A stretch of 63,696 bases of DNA, counting the filler, from Reticulomyxa filosa (Eukaryota > Protista > Foraminifera): the NCBI GenBank assembly GCA_000512085.1. It is 23 parts of 23 records of this genome, joined end to end, with 100 filler letters (N's around TTAATTAATTAA, not from the genome) between each part and the next. Parts side by side here need not be neighbours in the genome. Positions count along the whole stretch, not along the records: positions 21,373 to 25,000 come from ASPP01015779.1; positions 25,101 to 26,648 come from ASPP01011557.1; positions 26,749 to 29,676 come from ASPP01021551.1; positions 29,777 to 35,448 come from ASPP01020358.1; positions 35,549 to 39,281 come from ASPP01002798.1; 18 more parts are not named here. The stretch is one strand, 5' to 3'. How positions within the stretch are numbered: position 1 is the stretch's first letter; each line of letters begins with the position of its first letter. Positions 23,964 to 37,141 of this stretch are shown here, piece after piece. The notes beneath the pieces are model-generated. The model was given only the letters and a program-made list of their open reading frames with translations, was not told the origin of the DNA and did not search any database. The position numbers and the translations under genes were made by a program.

Positions 23964-25100
23964 GCCACCTTAATTGAACCAAAATACGATTTCATAAATG
24001 TAATTTTACTCAAGTATCTTTTTATCTGCTTTCGGAAAGAAAAGTGTCAACCAAAAACAATGTTTGTGCTGACCACTTGTCATTAGATACTGATAGCTGT
24101 GAGTTTTGTTGGTAAAATTAAATATTATTGTACAAAGTTAGTGGAACACTAAAACCACTTTTTTCTCAAACTTATTACTTTTACTTGGTTTTTTTTTGTC
24201 ATTGTTGTTTGCCATTTATATTTCTTATTTAAATATTCGTTTTGTTGAAAACATGCTTCGTATTGCACTTTGTGCAAATCTCATAGTAATCACAACACTT
24301 AGTGCAGAAGTCTGACACACGAAACTTCACACTACGAGATGACCGATTTTCCGTGGGAAAAATTACAGTTTTTTAAAAATTGCATGAATATTCAAATATT
24401 TCAAATGCATTTAATTTATTAATTTTTCTATTTTAAAAAAATAATTAAGTGATAATGTTGCAAAAAAAAATTTGTAATTGACAAAAAATTGCAAAAAATG
24501 AAATGTATTTTGAAACATCCGAATATTCATATTATTCCAAAAAATGTTGATTTTTCAGACTGAAGATATGTCATCTTCACATTATGATGTTTTTGTGTTC
24601 GGACTTTTGTCATCCAGGTTATACATGCAATTTTTTTAGCTAGCTTTTACATTGCCTTTTTTTTTTTGTAACAAATTTTTTTATTAAATCTCTATCGAAC
24701 TATAAATAAAAATAATTTATTTAACAAACGTTTACACTTGTGTTTAAAAGAAGCTTTTATATTTAATTTACTACTTGGTGGAATCGCAATTTGCCTTTAT
24801 CAAAGCATGAACGCGCTTATGCATTGAAGCAACAAGCACATTACGCAAATTACTTTCAATCGAATAAAATTGCTTGCTAAACTCTTCAAATAGCTCCTCT
24901 TTCTAGAAAATGGTCCATTTTTGTAAGTACTGACTTGGTAAATACTAAAATTTCTAAATTTGGTTAATATCTTGCCATTTTTCGCATAGACTTTCCATAC
25001 NNNNNNNNNNNNNNNNNNNNNNNNNNNNNNNNNNNNNNNNNNNNTTAATTAATTAANNNNNNNNNNNNNNNNNNNNNNNNNNNNNNNNNNNNNNNNNNNN

Positions 25101-25558
25101 CCCCCCCCCTTCTTTCAACAAACTTGTTGTTGCAAAGATTGGAGTCTTGCTTTGTCTTGTGAGTAACTACTGCTATGTGACGAATGTGTGATTAGATATT
25201 GCAAGTGATCAAATCCTTGCTTGACATCATCGTACACTTGGTTCATGTCCTGTGACATGATTTCGACTTGAGTGGCTGTCAAAATCCCGCTCAACACATC
25301 GGACTGCCTTTCCATCCATTCAGTTAGCACTTTCAATTTCATCAACCCACCCGAAAATGATTCGTTGCCAAAATCGTCTGACAGCTTTGGCACACTTGTT
25401 GTCCATGCTGCCAAGCTATTCAGAGTCGAGGTTTTATTGGTATTTGCGGAATGACGGAGTTGGGCAGTTGTTCTTGAATGATAACTTGGATGCATTTTTG
25501 TAGAATTATATTTGGGAATTATTATTCTCCTTTTTTCTTTTTGATTTCTGAAATTCAT
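25101..25558 (-). CDS. Hypothetical protein, first exon
   Basis: 147-aa ATG ORF with a helical/coiled-coil second half, running to the contig end. Confidence 0.55.
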
Positions 25559-25725
25559 ATCCCCCTTTTCTCCTCTTTTTTAATTAAAATAACTTTTCTT
25601 TCAATATTATAATCTTTTTTTTGGTATACCTAAAATTAAAAAATCTTTGAATAAGTTAGACTCCTCACCTCCTATTCAAAAATTAGCGTTTAGCTCTTAG
25701 GGTCCCCCCCCGTCATAATTAAATA

Positions 25726-26648
25726 ATGTTTGGGTCATTTTATATCATTTCTTATAGAAAAATAAATGTGCCCCTTGGTCGTCTAAAAAAAGTCAAGGGA
25801 AGAAAAAGACTTTCAAAAGCACAAGGAAATGATGGCAACACGGAACTAGACACCAAGACTGAAGAAACAACGTTGGTAGAGCGCATGTTGTTAACAACAA
25901 TGAAAATGACAAAAATAGTGGTCCCATTTTTTTTAATATTGCTAACAGTTGGGATCGTTTGCATTGTACTCGGACTTGTAGATACAGCTTTGGATAGCGA
26001 CATAATTGGTGAATTAATAATATGCACAATCATGGGTGGGTCGTTGGGAGCATGGGGAGTTTACAAATGGGGCACTGTTCAAGAAGAACTCGTGCGTATG
26101 AATGAAGAGAATAGCAAATATGAAAGTAAAACAGATGCATATGTTTGTGTACTGTTTTGAATGTTTAAATGATGAGTCCACCAATAAAAGTAGCAAAAAT
26201 AAAAATGATAATAACAATAATAATAAGATGAAATATTGCACTTGCAATCAACAAAAGAAGCCTTGTCTACTCAAGTATCCGAGATGCAATCGACTGTAAA
26301 TCAGTTGAAAGGATCGGTCGATGAGTTAAATAATCAATTGCGCTGCTTCGACGAATTGAAGCAAGAGCTTGAAAAAATTGCTGAACACAATCAAGTACAC
26401 TTTTGCTCCCTTTTTTTTATACTTTGCTTTTAAGACGTTGTTTTGTTTTGAGAAAAAAGGATATTGGAACCTTAATTGACGACGTCACAAATATCTTCAG
26501 TGACATGCGAAGACTTTGCTTAGCCAACGAAAAGGCTTTTTATTTGGGCTTGTACTATGATGTGGCATTTAAAGATAAAAATCTTGGTAATATATACATA
26601 TTTTTTTTTAAAGACAATAAGATCTATTTTATTAATCTGTTTGGGGGG
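25726..26648 (+). CDS. Multi-exon protein with two TM helices followed by a coiled coil (partial)
   Basis: IVVPFFLILLTVGIVCIVLGL and IIGELIICTIMGGSLGAWGVY, then heptads LSTQVSEMQSTVNQLKGSVDELNNQL and a later exon DIGTLIDDVTNIFSDMRRL. Divergent from the 25558 gene. Confidence 0.65.
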
Positions 26649-27549
26649 NNNNNNNNNNNNNNNNNNNNNNNNNNNNNNNNNNNNNNNNNNNNTTAATTAA
26701 TTAANNNNNNNNNNNNNNNNNNNNNNNNNNNNNNNNNNNNNNNNNNNNTTTCATTAAGAAAATCTATCATCTTCATAAGGTGGCATTTTATGTGTTCAGT
26801 TTTTTTTTCAACCTAATGTAGTAGGAAAATTTATCATTTATATTATTTTCTTTAAATCAATTCATTATTTCTTTAGCTTTGTGACATGATGAATCTTCTC
26901 TGAACTGCCAGATCTAGCTTTTCTTTTTACAGTTCTATTACACTTATATGACGACAGCCAAAATCGAAGCTATACTTATATTAAATTCCTTTGCTACAGA
27001 TCGAATGCTAGATGCACCAACCAACATACAACAGCAACTCTTTTCTTAAAAGTAATCAAATGTTTCAATATTTAAATATCAAAATTTTGAAACGTCAATT
27101 AAAAATATCAAAATTAGCAACAAAAAAAAAAATTTAATATTTAAAAACTACAAGGTTGGTAGATATTTTTTAAAAAAATTATGTTTATTTTTCATGGAGA
27201 AAATCGATTCTCTTCATATATTGCCATTTATGTATGTCCGTTTTTTTGCAATTTACTGTATTTTCATATTTCATGAAATTGGTAGAGATTACACTTATCA
27301 AATTTACATTTTAACATTACTATCATCAATAGACTATTCTTTTATTTGTAATTACCCTTGATATGTTCAAGTCATTGTCTAAAAGTCATTGAATAAAGAT
27401 TCAACAGTTCTTTCTCTCATTAAAATTTATTGTGAGGAAATCCCAAGAATGGTTAAAAATGGGATTACAATATTTTATACTGATAAAATAATAATAACGA
27501 TTATCATCATTTTCTTTTGGAATCTATATTTTCAAAAAGGACTGCACAG

Positions 27550-27730
27550 TCACAAATAGTGCATCTGCATTGACATTGAATCCTTTACTTTCTCTTTTAA
27601 TTGTAAAAATTTAAGACAGTGTATCCCACTATCTTTATTATTTCCTTTAATTGTATGCAACTTCTTGTTATTTGATCGAATATCCCAAAATCGAATTGTA
27701 TAATCAATGATCCAAAACATATCACATTGA
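27550..27730 (-). pseudogene. WD40 gene remnant (C-terminal blade)
   Basis: Isolated DYTIRFWDIRSNNKKLHTIKG..SGIHCLKF matches the WD40 family at 7624-8797; no upstream gene body. Confidence 0.75.
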
Positions 27731-29776
27731 TTACTAATCATTACTACACCCAATTTCTGTCATAGTATTCTTGACCAAAAGAAACTGAAGTTACTCCAGT
27801 TTCAGCAGATCCTTCTTTTTCTTTTCATTTTTCATCTTCGATTTACGTTTTTCGATTAGTCATGTTGAATTGGAGCTGATTTTTTCTTTATAAGATATTC
27901 TTTCGTTTATTTAGTCAGTTATAACGAAACAAAAACGCATATAATGAATTAAAAAACTAATCCGTCACATTATAATCCTTTTCTATGTCAATACAATTGA
28001 ATGAGAGATTTGATCGAAAAAAGCATACAAACAGTTGCAAAAAGAATATATCCTCGAATCTGGACATGCTTTTTTTTGTTACGAAATTGCCATTTGAACA
28101 AATGAAAAAAATGTAAAATGATTATTTGTGTATTAAATATGAGTCGGAAAGATCCAATTTTTTAACTCTTGAATAGCAACAAATATTCATTATTCAAATA
28201 ATACTTATTTCAATATCATATTGTGATAATATTGAATATTCAACAAAATAAATTAACAGCAAAACATTGAATAGTAGCAAACACAAAAGAAAATTTTTAT
28301 ATTGTTGCATTCACATAAAAAAACGTTTGAAATGTTGTTCAAAAAGCATTTGATCGCACAAGTCTTTGAAATTATTGTCAATCAATAAAGAATACTTATT
28401 TTAAAAAAGTGTAATATATGTGCTTTTTTCAACTACATCAAAAAATATATTTTTATAATAGTTGTTTAAATATTGCAAAACTATTTTAACAATTTTTTTA
28501 TATATTCTTTTGTGAAAGCATGTTTATTTTAATGAACCAATTTCAATAAAGCAATATTATTGAATTTTTTTTCATCTGATATACTCAATTTTTAAAAATA
28601 TATTAATTGCACATTACTAACACTTTTTAATTTTTTATAACCAAAGAGAAACAGTATGTAAAATGACTGTAAGCGAAATATTTTTTGGAGTAGAATTTGT
28701 TTCGGAGATATGTAGAATTTTTTTCGACATGCCCAAATCATAAAAAAAAGTTTTGAAGGTATACAGAAAAACGTCTTTCAATACCTTAACGAAAAACAGT
28801 CAGAAGATTATAAATTTTTCAATGTTACGAATTTATGAAATACAACAATATACTTTAATAATTTTTATCATCAAATAAAATGATTTCAACAATATCGTTT
28901 TGCGTAATCAGCCAATTGATTCGTTATTTGCGGAGTTAAGCGACTTTAACCCTTTTTTCTTTGTTGGCAAGCTTGTATACCTTCATAAAAGTGAATATTT
29001 GAAAACAAAATGGAAAAAGAAAACCAATCTTAGAGTATCTCAAATGCAAAAAAAAAGATTTTGACGGGAGTGTTTTTTACCATCACAATGTTGTAAGTCG
29101 TGATGCGCGTCTACTGATCCATTTGAAAGTTAAAAAGTGATGAGAAGACTTGCAAAAAGTATTGTAATTGTTGTGACTAAAAGGCAATTTTACCTTTTCG
29201 ACTAGGAATCAGTTGAATACGCTTAAATAAATAAATAATAAAAAAAAAGATCAAAAATAAAAACCATCCCAAAAACAAAACAAAAAAATCTTTACACTAG
29301 AAGCACCTGCTTGTTGTTTCTGCTTTTAAACGTTCTAAAAAAAAATTGACAATTGTCATATCGCAAAATATGTGCATCCATTTGCAGATGGCTCCGAGTT
29401 CACACGACCAGTCTTTCTCAATAGCAGAATGAAGCATTTTCCTTTTCCTATTCAAAGTACGAATGCAAATGAATCAACCAATTGACCTAAGTCGCATTGG
29501 ATTAGCGCGTACCAGACAAACAACAAAAAAAAACATATACCAATGGCATCCAATTCCGATTCAAAAATTCGACCACCGGACACTTTCAATCGTTCATTAA
29601 TTCTCTCAATGATTCCGTTGATGTACCTCACATCTCCCAAGCCATCTCTTTGTTTTTTTAAAAAGTGTATATAATTNNNNNNNNNNNNNNNNNNNNNNNN
29701 NNNNNNNNNNNNNNNNNNNNTTAATTAATTAANNNNNNNNNNNNNNNNNNNNNNNNNNNNNNNNNNNNNNNNNNNN

Positions 29777-29812
<36 letters not shown>

Positions 29813-29816
29813 GTAA

Positions 29817-30989
29817 TTGAAGATGGAAAGGATACGACGACGAAATCATGGCCAAAGTGAAGAGAACATAGTGGACAACAAAGGTGTGGTTCGAAAGCCT
29901 TCTGGAGTGCCGATCCACGGAGGCACGACAGCGACGATTGCAACGGCGATAAGACAGCCGAAGAACGCGAACACGTGGCAATTGATATGTGCGAATGTGG
30001 GAGATTCCGACTGTTTGTTGGTGGCGAGAAAGCCTCAACGATTGGAGTCAAACAACGACGTGTATATGCACATGTCGGTGGATCATAGTCCGGATAGTCG
30101 TTCGGAGTATTTGCGAATCAAAGAGTTGGAAAGCAAAGATTATCCACAAAAGCTGTTGTTTGTGTATGACCAAGATAATGCGCATCGCAAGTATGAATGT
30201 CCATTAGTGTTTTTAGAAAATGGAACCAAAGATCCCAAATATGCAAATAATCCTTGGAAGCATAATCTTCGACCTACCAATGTTCGATATGACCCTGCCG
30301 TGTATGCCGTCTCCCCTTCGGGCGTGTCTCATGACATTACGTGTATCGCAATGACACGGTCGTTGGGAGATTTCTATGCCAATCAATTTGGACTGTCCCA
30401 TCGACCCGATTTCACCTTTCACCAATTGGACGCTCGTCATCAATGCTTCATTACTGTCGCTTCCGATGGAATTTGGGATTGTTGGAAGTGGGACGCTTTT
30501 GCGGAATATTTAAACACCTGTTTCACTAAGTTTCAGTTGCAAACACACCAAGTTGTTCATGTCGCTTTACAACATACTATTGCGCGCGCCAAAAGTTGCT
30601 TCGGCCATTCCTCCTTTGATGACGCCTCTTTAGTTGTCATCTCGTTACTGCCGCAGCTTTTTCCTTCCCCTCCACAGGCCGTTTCTGAACGCATACTCCC
30701 TCCTCTTACTCCCCATCCTTTTCATCAAAATAGTGTTGTAACTTCCGCCATAACGATGACCCCAATGACAATAACTCCAATGGCAATAACTCCAATGGCA
30801 ATGACAACTACAACTACAACTACCACGGCTACTGCGACCACCACAACAACTACTACCCCTACTTCCACAACAACAATTGCTACTGCTACTACAACTAGTA
30901 AGGGTCTTCCCATTCTTCATGATGATAACGACTCTGATTTTGGAAAACATGACGACGGCGAAGAATTATTTGGCTCTATCAGTGACTGA
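29817..30989 (+). CDS. PP2C/PPM-family protein phosphatase (5' truncated) with Thr-rich tail
   Basis: Motifs GGTTAT, ANVGDS, SVDHSP, IAMTRSLGD, ASDGIWD and DDASLVV in canonical order. Confidence 0.93.
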   Translation: MKMERIRRRNHGQSEENIVDNKGVVRKPSGVPIHGGTTATIATAIRQPKNANTWQLICANVGDSDCLLVARKPQRLESNNDVYMHMSVDHSPDSRSEYLRIKELESKDYPQKLLFVYDQDNAHRKYECPLVFLENGTKDPKYANNPWKHNLRPTNVRYDPAVYAVSPSGVSHDITCIAMTRSLGDFYANQFGLSHRPDFTFHQLDARHQCFITVASDGIWDCWKWDAFAEYLNTCFTKFQLQTHQVVHVALQHTIARAKSCFGHSSFDDASLVVISLLPQLFPSPPQAVSERILPPLTPHPFHQNSVVTSAITMTPMTITPMAITPMAMTTTTTTTTATATTTTTTTPTSTTTIATATTTSKGLPILHDDNDSDFGKHDDGEELFGSISD

Positions 30990-32413
30990 CTCATGACATC
31001 TTTTTTTTGTGTTGTTGTGTTTTCTTTTGCTACTCGTTTCTTAGGTCATTACAACAAATACTTAATTTTATCACCGCAACTTTTTTTGACAGTTAGTTTT
31101 TGATATTTCTAAATTGTACGTTACTTTTGGTGTGTAATGTTTTAAAAAAAAAAAAAACAAAACCAATTGTGTGTACTTACCAATTGTAAACTGTCTAAAG
31201 GATAAAAAAATTTGAGGAATCATTTTTCAAGAGTTTCTTTTTCAGAACTCATTTTAATTCAGATTCCATTTTAAAACATTATATACTTTTTCTTCTTTAT
31301 CTCACAACATACATTTCACTTCACCATTGAATTCACACACTTACGCAAAAGGCAAATTAATACAATCTCAAAAGGCGACTCCTTTGAAATGATTTGTATT
31401 TTATGATCCTTGCATGCAAATCAAGTGTGAATTTGTAGCTTTGCATTTACAGATTTTCAGCGTGCAAATAGCCCACGGAATTTTGAACACTTTTTATAGG
31501 GCAAGACCAAATTACGAAAGTATGTTAATGTGTTTTCACTCTTTTAGATCAATCTTTCCAAAAATAAGATGAAAGACGAAATAATTGTTTGAATGAAAAT
31601 TGCAAAGTACTTTACAGTGGAGTAAACCGACCATTCGATGCGTGTATACAGTTTTCTGAGCAGCTCACATATATAACAAACTTGCAAAACACAAACAGAG
31701 CGCCACATGGCATTCGCAGATATAAAGAAAGCGCCATTGTTACATTAATTCTTGAACACTCAACGACAACAAAAAACAGCAAAAATAGGGCAATAACAAT
31801 GTGCAAGGAACTCCATAATTGTAAATGCATGAATCTCGTTAATATCCAAATGACTGTTATTTCATAAACAAAAGAAAAAAACAAGCAAAGGTTTGCAAGC
31901 GTAGTTAAATAGATCAAACATTAGTTAAAAAAAAGGACAAAAATTGCAACAAAATGCAAAATGTTTTTGAAAATTTTGTTATTGCTTTCTGATTCTATCG
32001 ATTGGCAATTTACGACATTTTACATTGATTACATAATTGTTGTATTATTTTTGATAATTTAAAAGGTTTAATGTTTTAAATACTAAATATTTGCAACAGC
32101 AATTTTGATTTAAAGAATACAAAAAAGGAGCTTTTAATATATTCATAAATTTGGCATCAAAACTTAAAGTCAATGTTTGTTGTTTGCGTTTGATATTACA
32201 ATATCAACTTATTTTCCGAAAGTTTTTTTGGGGGAACAGTGCTATTCTTTGTTAAATTAATGCAGAAACATTACATTAAAATATTTAAGTTGCATTGCAA
32301 GTTGCTCTGTAAAAATATTTTTGTAGAAAATGAAATATGAATTATCATTTGAATTGTGTTGTTTTTCTGAAAACATGCAACAAATCGATAATCATTTTTA
32401 TTGTAAGCTCCTG

Positions 32414-34636
32414 TTACAATCGTCTCCACAGTCGAATTGTTTTGTCATTTGAAGACGACACGATTACGTCACCATCCAAAGAAATATCAACTGCGGTCAC
32501 AATATCAGAATGCCCTTCTAATTTCTGTATTTCTACTCCAAACTTTACATCCCACAATCTGATCGTATTATCACTCGAACACGACACGATCATTGTTTCA
32601 TCTGGAAAATATTTCACATAATTAAACCGATCAAAATATCCACCTAATTTTTTTACCTGTCTTCCTGACACTACATCCCATATTCGAATTGCTCCATCAG
32701 TTGTACCAGCTAAAACAGAGGAACTGTCCGAAGAAAATTGTACTTTTTTAATATAACCTATATCCACTTCCAATATACGTAGTCTTTCACCTGCCATATT
32801 CCAAAGCGAAATTGAGTAATCATCTGCTGATGCAATTTTTTGACCATCTGGTGAAATTTGTATATCATTTATACCATCTAAATGTTTTTCTGTTGTTTGA
32901 AGATTTTGTCCAGAACGTGTGTCCCATATTTTTATTGTAAGATCGGAACCAGACACAACAGTGCATCCGTCTGGTGAAAGTTGTGCTTTAACTACACTAT
33001 ACGTGTGTCCTTCCAATCTTTTTTTTTCAATGCCCGTTTTTGCATCCCATAATCGGATAGTACTGTCACAAGAACACGAAATAATCATATTTCCATCAGG
33101 TGAAAATTGGGCGTCATTCACAGAATCCAAGTGTCCCTTTAACTCTTGAATTACATTCCCTGACTCGATATCCCATATTTTAATTGTCTTATCATCTGAA
33201 GATGAAATAAATTTGGTACCATCTGGTGAAAAATTTACACTTTTCACACAATCGGAATGCCCGTGAAATACTTTTATTAGTCCGAAATATTTTGGCTATT
33301 TTGTACGTGCTACTTATCAAAAAATTTAAAAATTAAAAAAAAACTTACCAGGATATATCGTAAAATAATCATGTAGAAAATGTCAATCCATCCCAGCCTA
33401 TGAAGTAATGATAAACGAATCCAATGTTCAATTACGGTTTCAATTTCTTTTTTTTTTTTTTTTTTTTTATGGTATGTTGTGATTATCTTCACAAACAACA
33501 AAAGTCGATATACTTAACTTTTAGCTTTTCAATATTTAATTTTTGTCCCATTTCTTCCATATCTATTTTGATCTCTTCAATATCTATTTGTTCTTTATCT
33601 TCTACCATCAATTGTTGTTCTTTTTTCAACCACCTTTTCATCTCTGTCTTCATATGCACTGATGCCTCGTCTTCGGTAGAAACTCCAAGAATATGTATAA
33701 ATTCTTTGCTTTCACTTAATACTGCGACACAAGGTCTCATTAGTATTGGCAAAGTTTGTTCATATCGCATCCATTTATTTTCAACCATTGAATATTTATG
33801 CACTTCTTTTGAAGTACCATCATCACCTTCTCCACTGAAAAACAAAATGAAATTATCGATACAAATATATGCATAATAACGAAGCACCCTTATCGCGGAA
33901 CAAACTCGTACTTTATGAACATGAAATATATTTTTGTCTTCATCATATTTAATTGATAATCCTGTACTGTTACAAAATAACATCATTTCATTCGTTTTTT
34001 ATTCTTATCAGTCTTTGACACGAAACATGGAAATTTTATCTCATAATCAATTGGCAAGATCTCACATTTAACGTGTTGAAATGTATTCAAATTAAATACG
34101 CTGATATATTTTTCACCATGAGTGAAAAATAATAAATGGTTATCGCTACCACCGATGATTGCACATCCTCCATAAAGAATATCATCAGCTTTGCCAATTG
34201 TAATCTCTTTATTCTCATTATCAATCAAAGGAAGCCACATATTATAGCGTTTTTTCGTATTCTCTTTTTTGGTTGTATTTTCGTTATTATCCCAAACACT
34301 AACATATTCCATTACTAATGTATGTTTGTCTGACCCACCAAAAGATAATAAAGTGACAGCATCTTTTTTTGTGTTGTTATTATTAACACGCTTCACCACA
34401 TTATGTGCAAGCAACGATACATTTTCTGGATAGGAGCAAATATACTTATATTTATTTTTGAGTATATGGAAGGAATAACACTCGTTACTTTCAACACCCC
34501 CGCAAATGATGATTTCGTCTTTGTGTGCTACACACTGAATGCATTGAAATGAGACTGGTGAAGAAGACAAAGTTTGAAAGAGGGTTATAATGTCCAGATT
34601 TGCGACTTTTTCTGTTTTTAGGTCGTTTGTATCCAT
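32414..34636 (-). CDS. Kelch-like beta-propeller + WD40 beta-propeller fusion protein
   Basis: Kelch-like part (EIIICGG, LLSFGG, AIIGG, YSMVENKW) at 34636-33520 with one frameshift in an A-run at about 33990; exon EIETVIEHWIRLSLLHRLGWIDIF (donor at 33348); then about 7 WD repeats to the stop at 32414. Confidence 0.82.
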
Positions 34637-34989
34637 CTTAATGAAAAAGATGCAGAGTTTTTTTGTGGAAAGTTGAACAACCTAAAAAAGGGTGCAAACA
34701 ATCAATTAATAAAAAGGTACTAAGTATTGTTATTTTTGGGGAAATAATTTTCATTGGATTCCATTGTTTTTTTTTTTTTTTTTGAAGCTTAAATCTCATA
34801 TTGTGAGCTGGTATCAAGCTATATTTTCGTTTGGTCAGGTATAAGAAGAGCTTTTTTCCAATAAGAAGTGAAACGTTTTTGTTAACATTCTCTTCCAAAT
34901 GTACAATTATTGTTCTAATTTGTTTCAGTTTATTCATTTAAAGCTGTGTAAAGAAGAAGAAGAAGAAGAAGAAAAAAAAAAGGAAAAAA

Positions 34990-35448
34990 TTATTGAGCCT
35001 CCAATTCAAAAATAAGTCCTTCAAAGGCAATTTCTTCAACAACATATCGTGAGTATTGCTCTTGAGTACATCCATGATTGTCCAAAAACTGAACCCGAAT
35101 ATACCGCCCCCTTCGTTTGATATAGTCAATACTCTCCAAAGTGAAGTCCTGCCATCCATGTTTTTGTCGGCTTTGAATCCTGCCCAAAGTCCTCCAAACA
35201 TTGGAAGATTGTTCAATACCGTCCTCTCGTTTGTTGTTATTGCTGCCTTGATCTTTTTTGATCTGCTGTTTTAGTTTTTGTGTGAATTCATCAGCGCTAT
35301 TTTCGTCATCATCCTCCTGCGACTTTGGCTGCTCTTTGGCCTGATTGAAGCTGGAGTTGGTGAGAGGAGTATCACTCAAGTGCAATGCAATATCATCATG
35401 ATCGGATGCTGGTTTGGGTAGTTTGTGATGATAAACATGTTTGGGGTC
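34990..35448 (-). CDS. C-terminal part of a protein ending in a possible galactose-binding/discoidin-like beta-sandwich
   Basis: Open frame from the contig edge; ends W..LG.I....WQDF....GRYIRVQFLDNHG...VVEEIAFEG, which resembles the F5/8C-type RYIR..I..EI.F.G ending. Confidence 0.45.
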   Translation of the reverse strand, partial: DPKHVYHHKLPKPASDHDDIALHLSDTPLTNSSFNQAKEQPKSQEDDDENSADEFTQKLKQQIKKDQGSNNNKREDGIEQSSNVWRTLGRIQSRQKHGWQDFTLESIDYIKRRGRYIRVQFLDNHGCTQEQYSRYVVEEIAFEGLIFELEAQ

Positions 35449-35988
35449 NNNNNNNNNNNNNNNNNNNNNNNNNNNNNNNNNNNNNNNNNNNNTTAATTAA
35501 TTAANNNNNNNNNNNNNNNNNNNNNNNNNNNNNNNNNNNNNNNNNNNNTTTCAAAAATCAATAAAATATTCAAATTTTTTAAACAATTATGAGATGTAAT
35601 AAAAAACCAAAATGATATTTAAAAACTACGCGATTTGTAGATATTTAAAAAAAAAATTAGGTCTGAATGTTGTTTTTTCATGTAGAAATCAATCATCTAT
35701 ATAAGGTGCCATTTTAGGTGTCAACTTTACTTTGCATTCTACTGTATTATCCAATGAAATAAACGCATAATGTCAACAAAATTTTGAGAGATTGAAATAA
35801 AGTTTACCAATGTCGATTGAGTTGAAGTTTATTTTTGCTGCTGTTAGCTGAAAAATGATTGAAATTTGTAATTAAAGAAAATAGGAGACAAATTATAATA
35901 TTGGAAATTAATCTTTTGTTAAAAAAGTACTTATGTTTTTAATAATTGACGCCCTTTATTATTTTTTTTTTTATAACAAATATTTTAT

Positions 35989-37141
35989 TTATCCCCAAAT
36001 TCGAATAGTTCTGTCAGCAGAACATGATACAAGCGTATTACCATCAGAAGATAAATCAATTTTTGTAATAGATGAAAAATGCCCTTCTAATGTTTCTATT
36101 TTATCACCTGATTTTACATCCCATAAACAAATAGTTTTATCTTCAGAACAAGATATAATAAATTGTCCATCTGAAGAAAATAAAACATCATTTACATCAC
36201 TATTATGTCCTTTCATTATTTTAATTTGTTTTTCTGATTTTAAATCCCATATTCGAATTGTTGTATCTTTTGAACAAGATACAATAAATTGACCATTTGG
36301 AGAAAATTTTGCACTCCATACAGGACCGGAATGTCCTTTTAATATTTTTAACATATCAATTGAATTTAAATTTATTATATTCCATAAATAAATATTATTA
36401 TCACTGGATGATAATACAATAATTTGATCATTTGGTGAAAAATGTACACTATTTGTATTAAATGAGCGTGTTGATAATGAATGCATATTTATTCCTGTAT
36501 TTACATTCCATATTCTAATTGTTCTATCAGGCGAACATGATACAATATATTTACCATCATTAGAAAAACATATATCTCTTATCCAATCTGAATGTCCTCT
36601 AAATTTTTTTAAATTTGTTTTTGTTATTAAATCCCATAATTGTATTGTTTTGTCTGCTGAACATGATGCAACTATTTTTTCATTTGGTGAAAATTCTGCT
36701 GAAAATACAAAATGTGAATGTATTTTTATAATTTGTATTTGTTTTCCAGACACAATATCCCATATTCGTATTGTTTTATCATCTGATGAAGATATAATCA
36801 TACGATTATCTTTTGAAAATTTTACATTATTTATTTCACCTTCATGTCCTTCTAAAATTTTTAATAATTTAAAATATTTAATCTATTTTTTTTTTATATA
36901 TATTTATGTATGAAAGTGAATTTTTTTTTATCTTAACATATTCTATCACAATTTTATCAAATTCATCAATCCATCCTAATCTCACTTTTAAAATTCGAAT
37001 CCAATTTTTAATAAGTATTTTTATTTGTTTTTCTGCCTGTTTTTTGTTAAACAAGATTATAGTTCTTTTCTATAGTTACAAGTCTTTTGGAAAACATACC
37101 AAAAGTGTTCTACCCTCTTTTTTGTTGTTTTCAGTACTCAT
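35989..37141 (-). CDS. WD40-repeat protein (complete, 3 exons)
   Basis: ATG at 37141 (MSTENNKKEGRTLL|GT); 99-nt exon 37036-36938 AEKQIKILIKNWIRILKVRLGWIDEFDKIVIEY; last exon has 7 GH..SCSxDxTIRIW repeats. Confidence 0.93.

Noticed and set aside
29369-29410. YVHPFADG resembling the Fic motif HPFxDGNGR
   Set aside because: It continues SEFTR instead of NGRxxR, lies in a short frame with a nearby stop, and has no Fic helical context.
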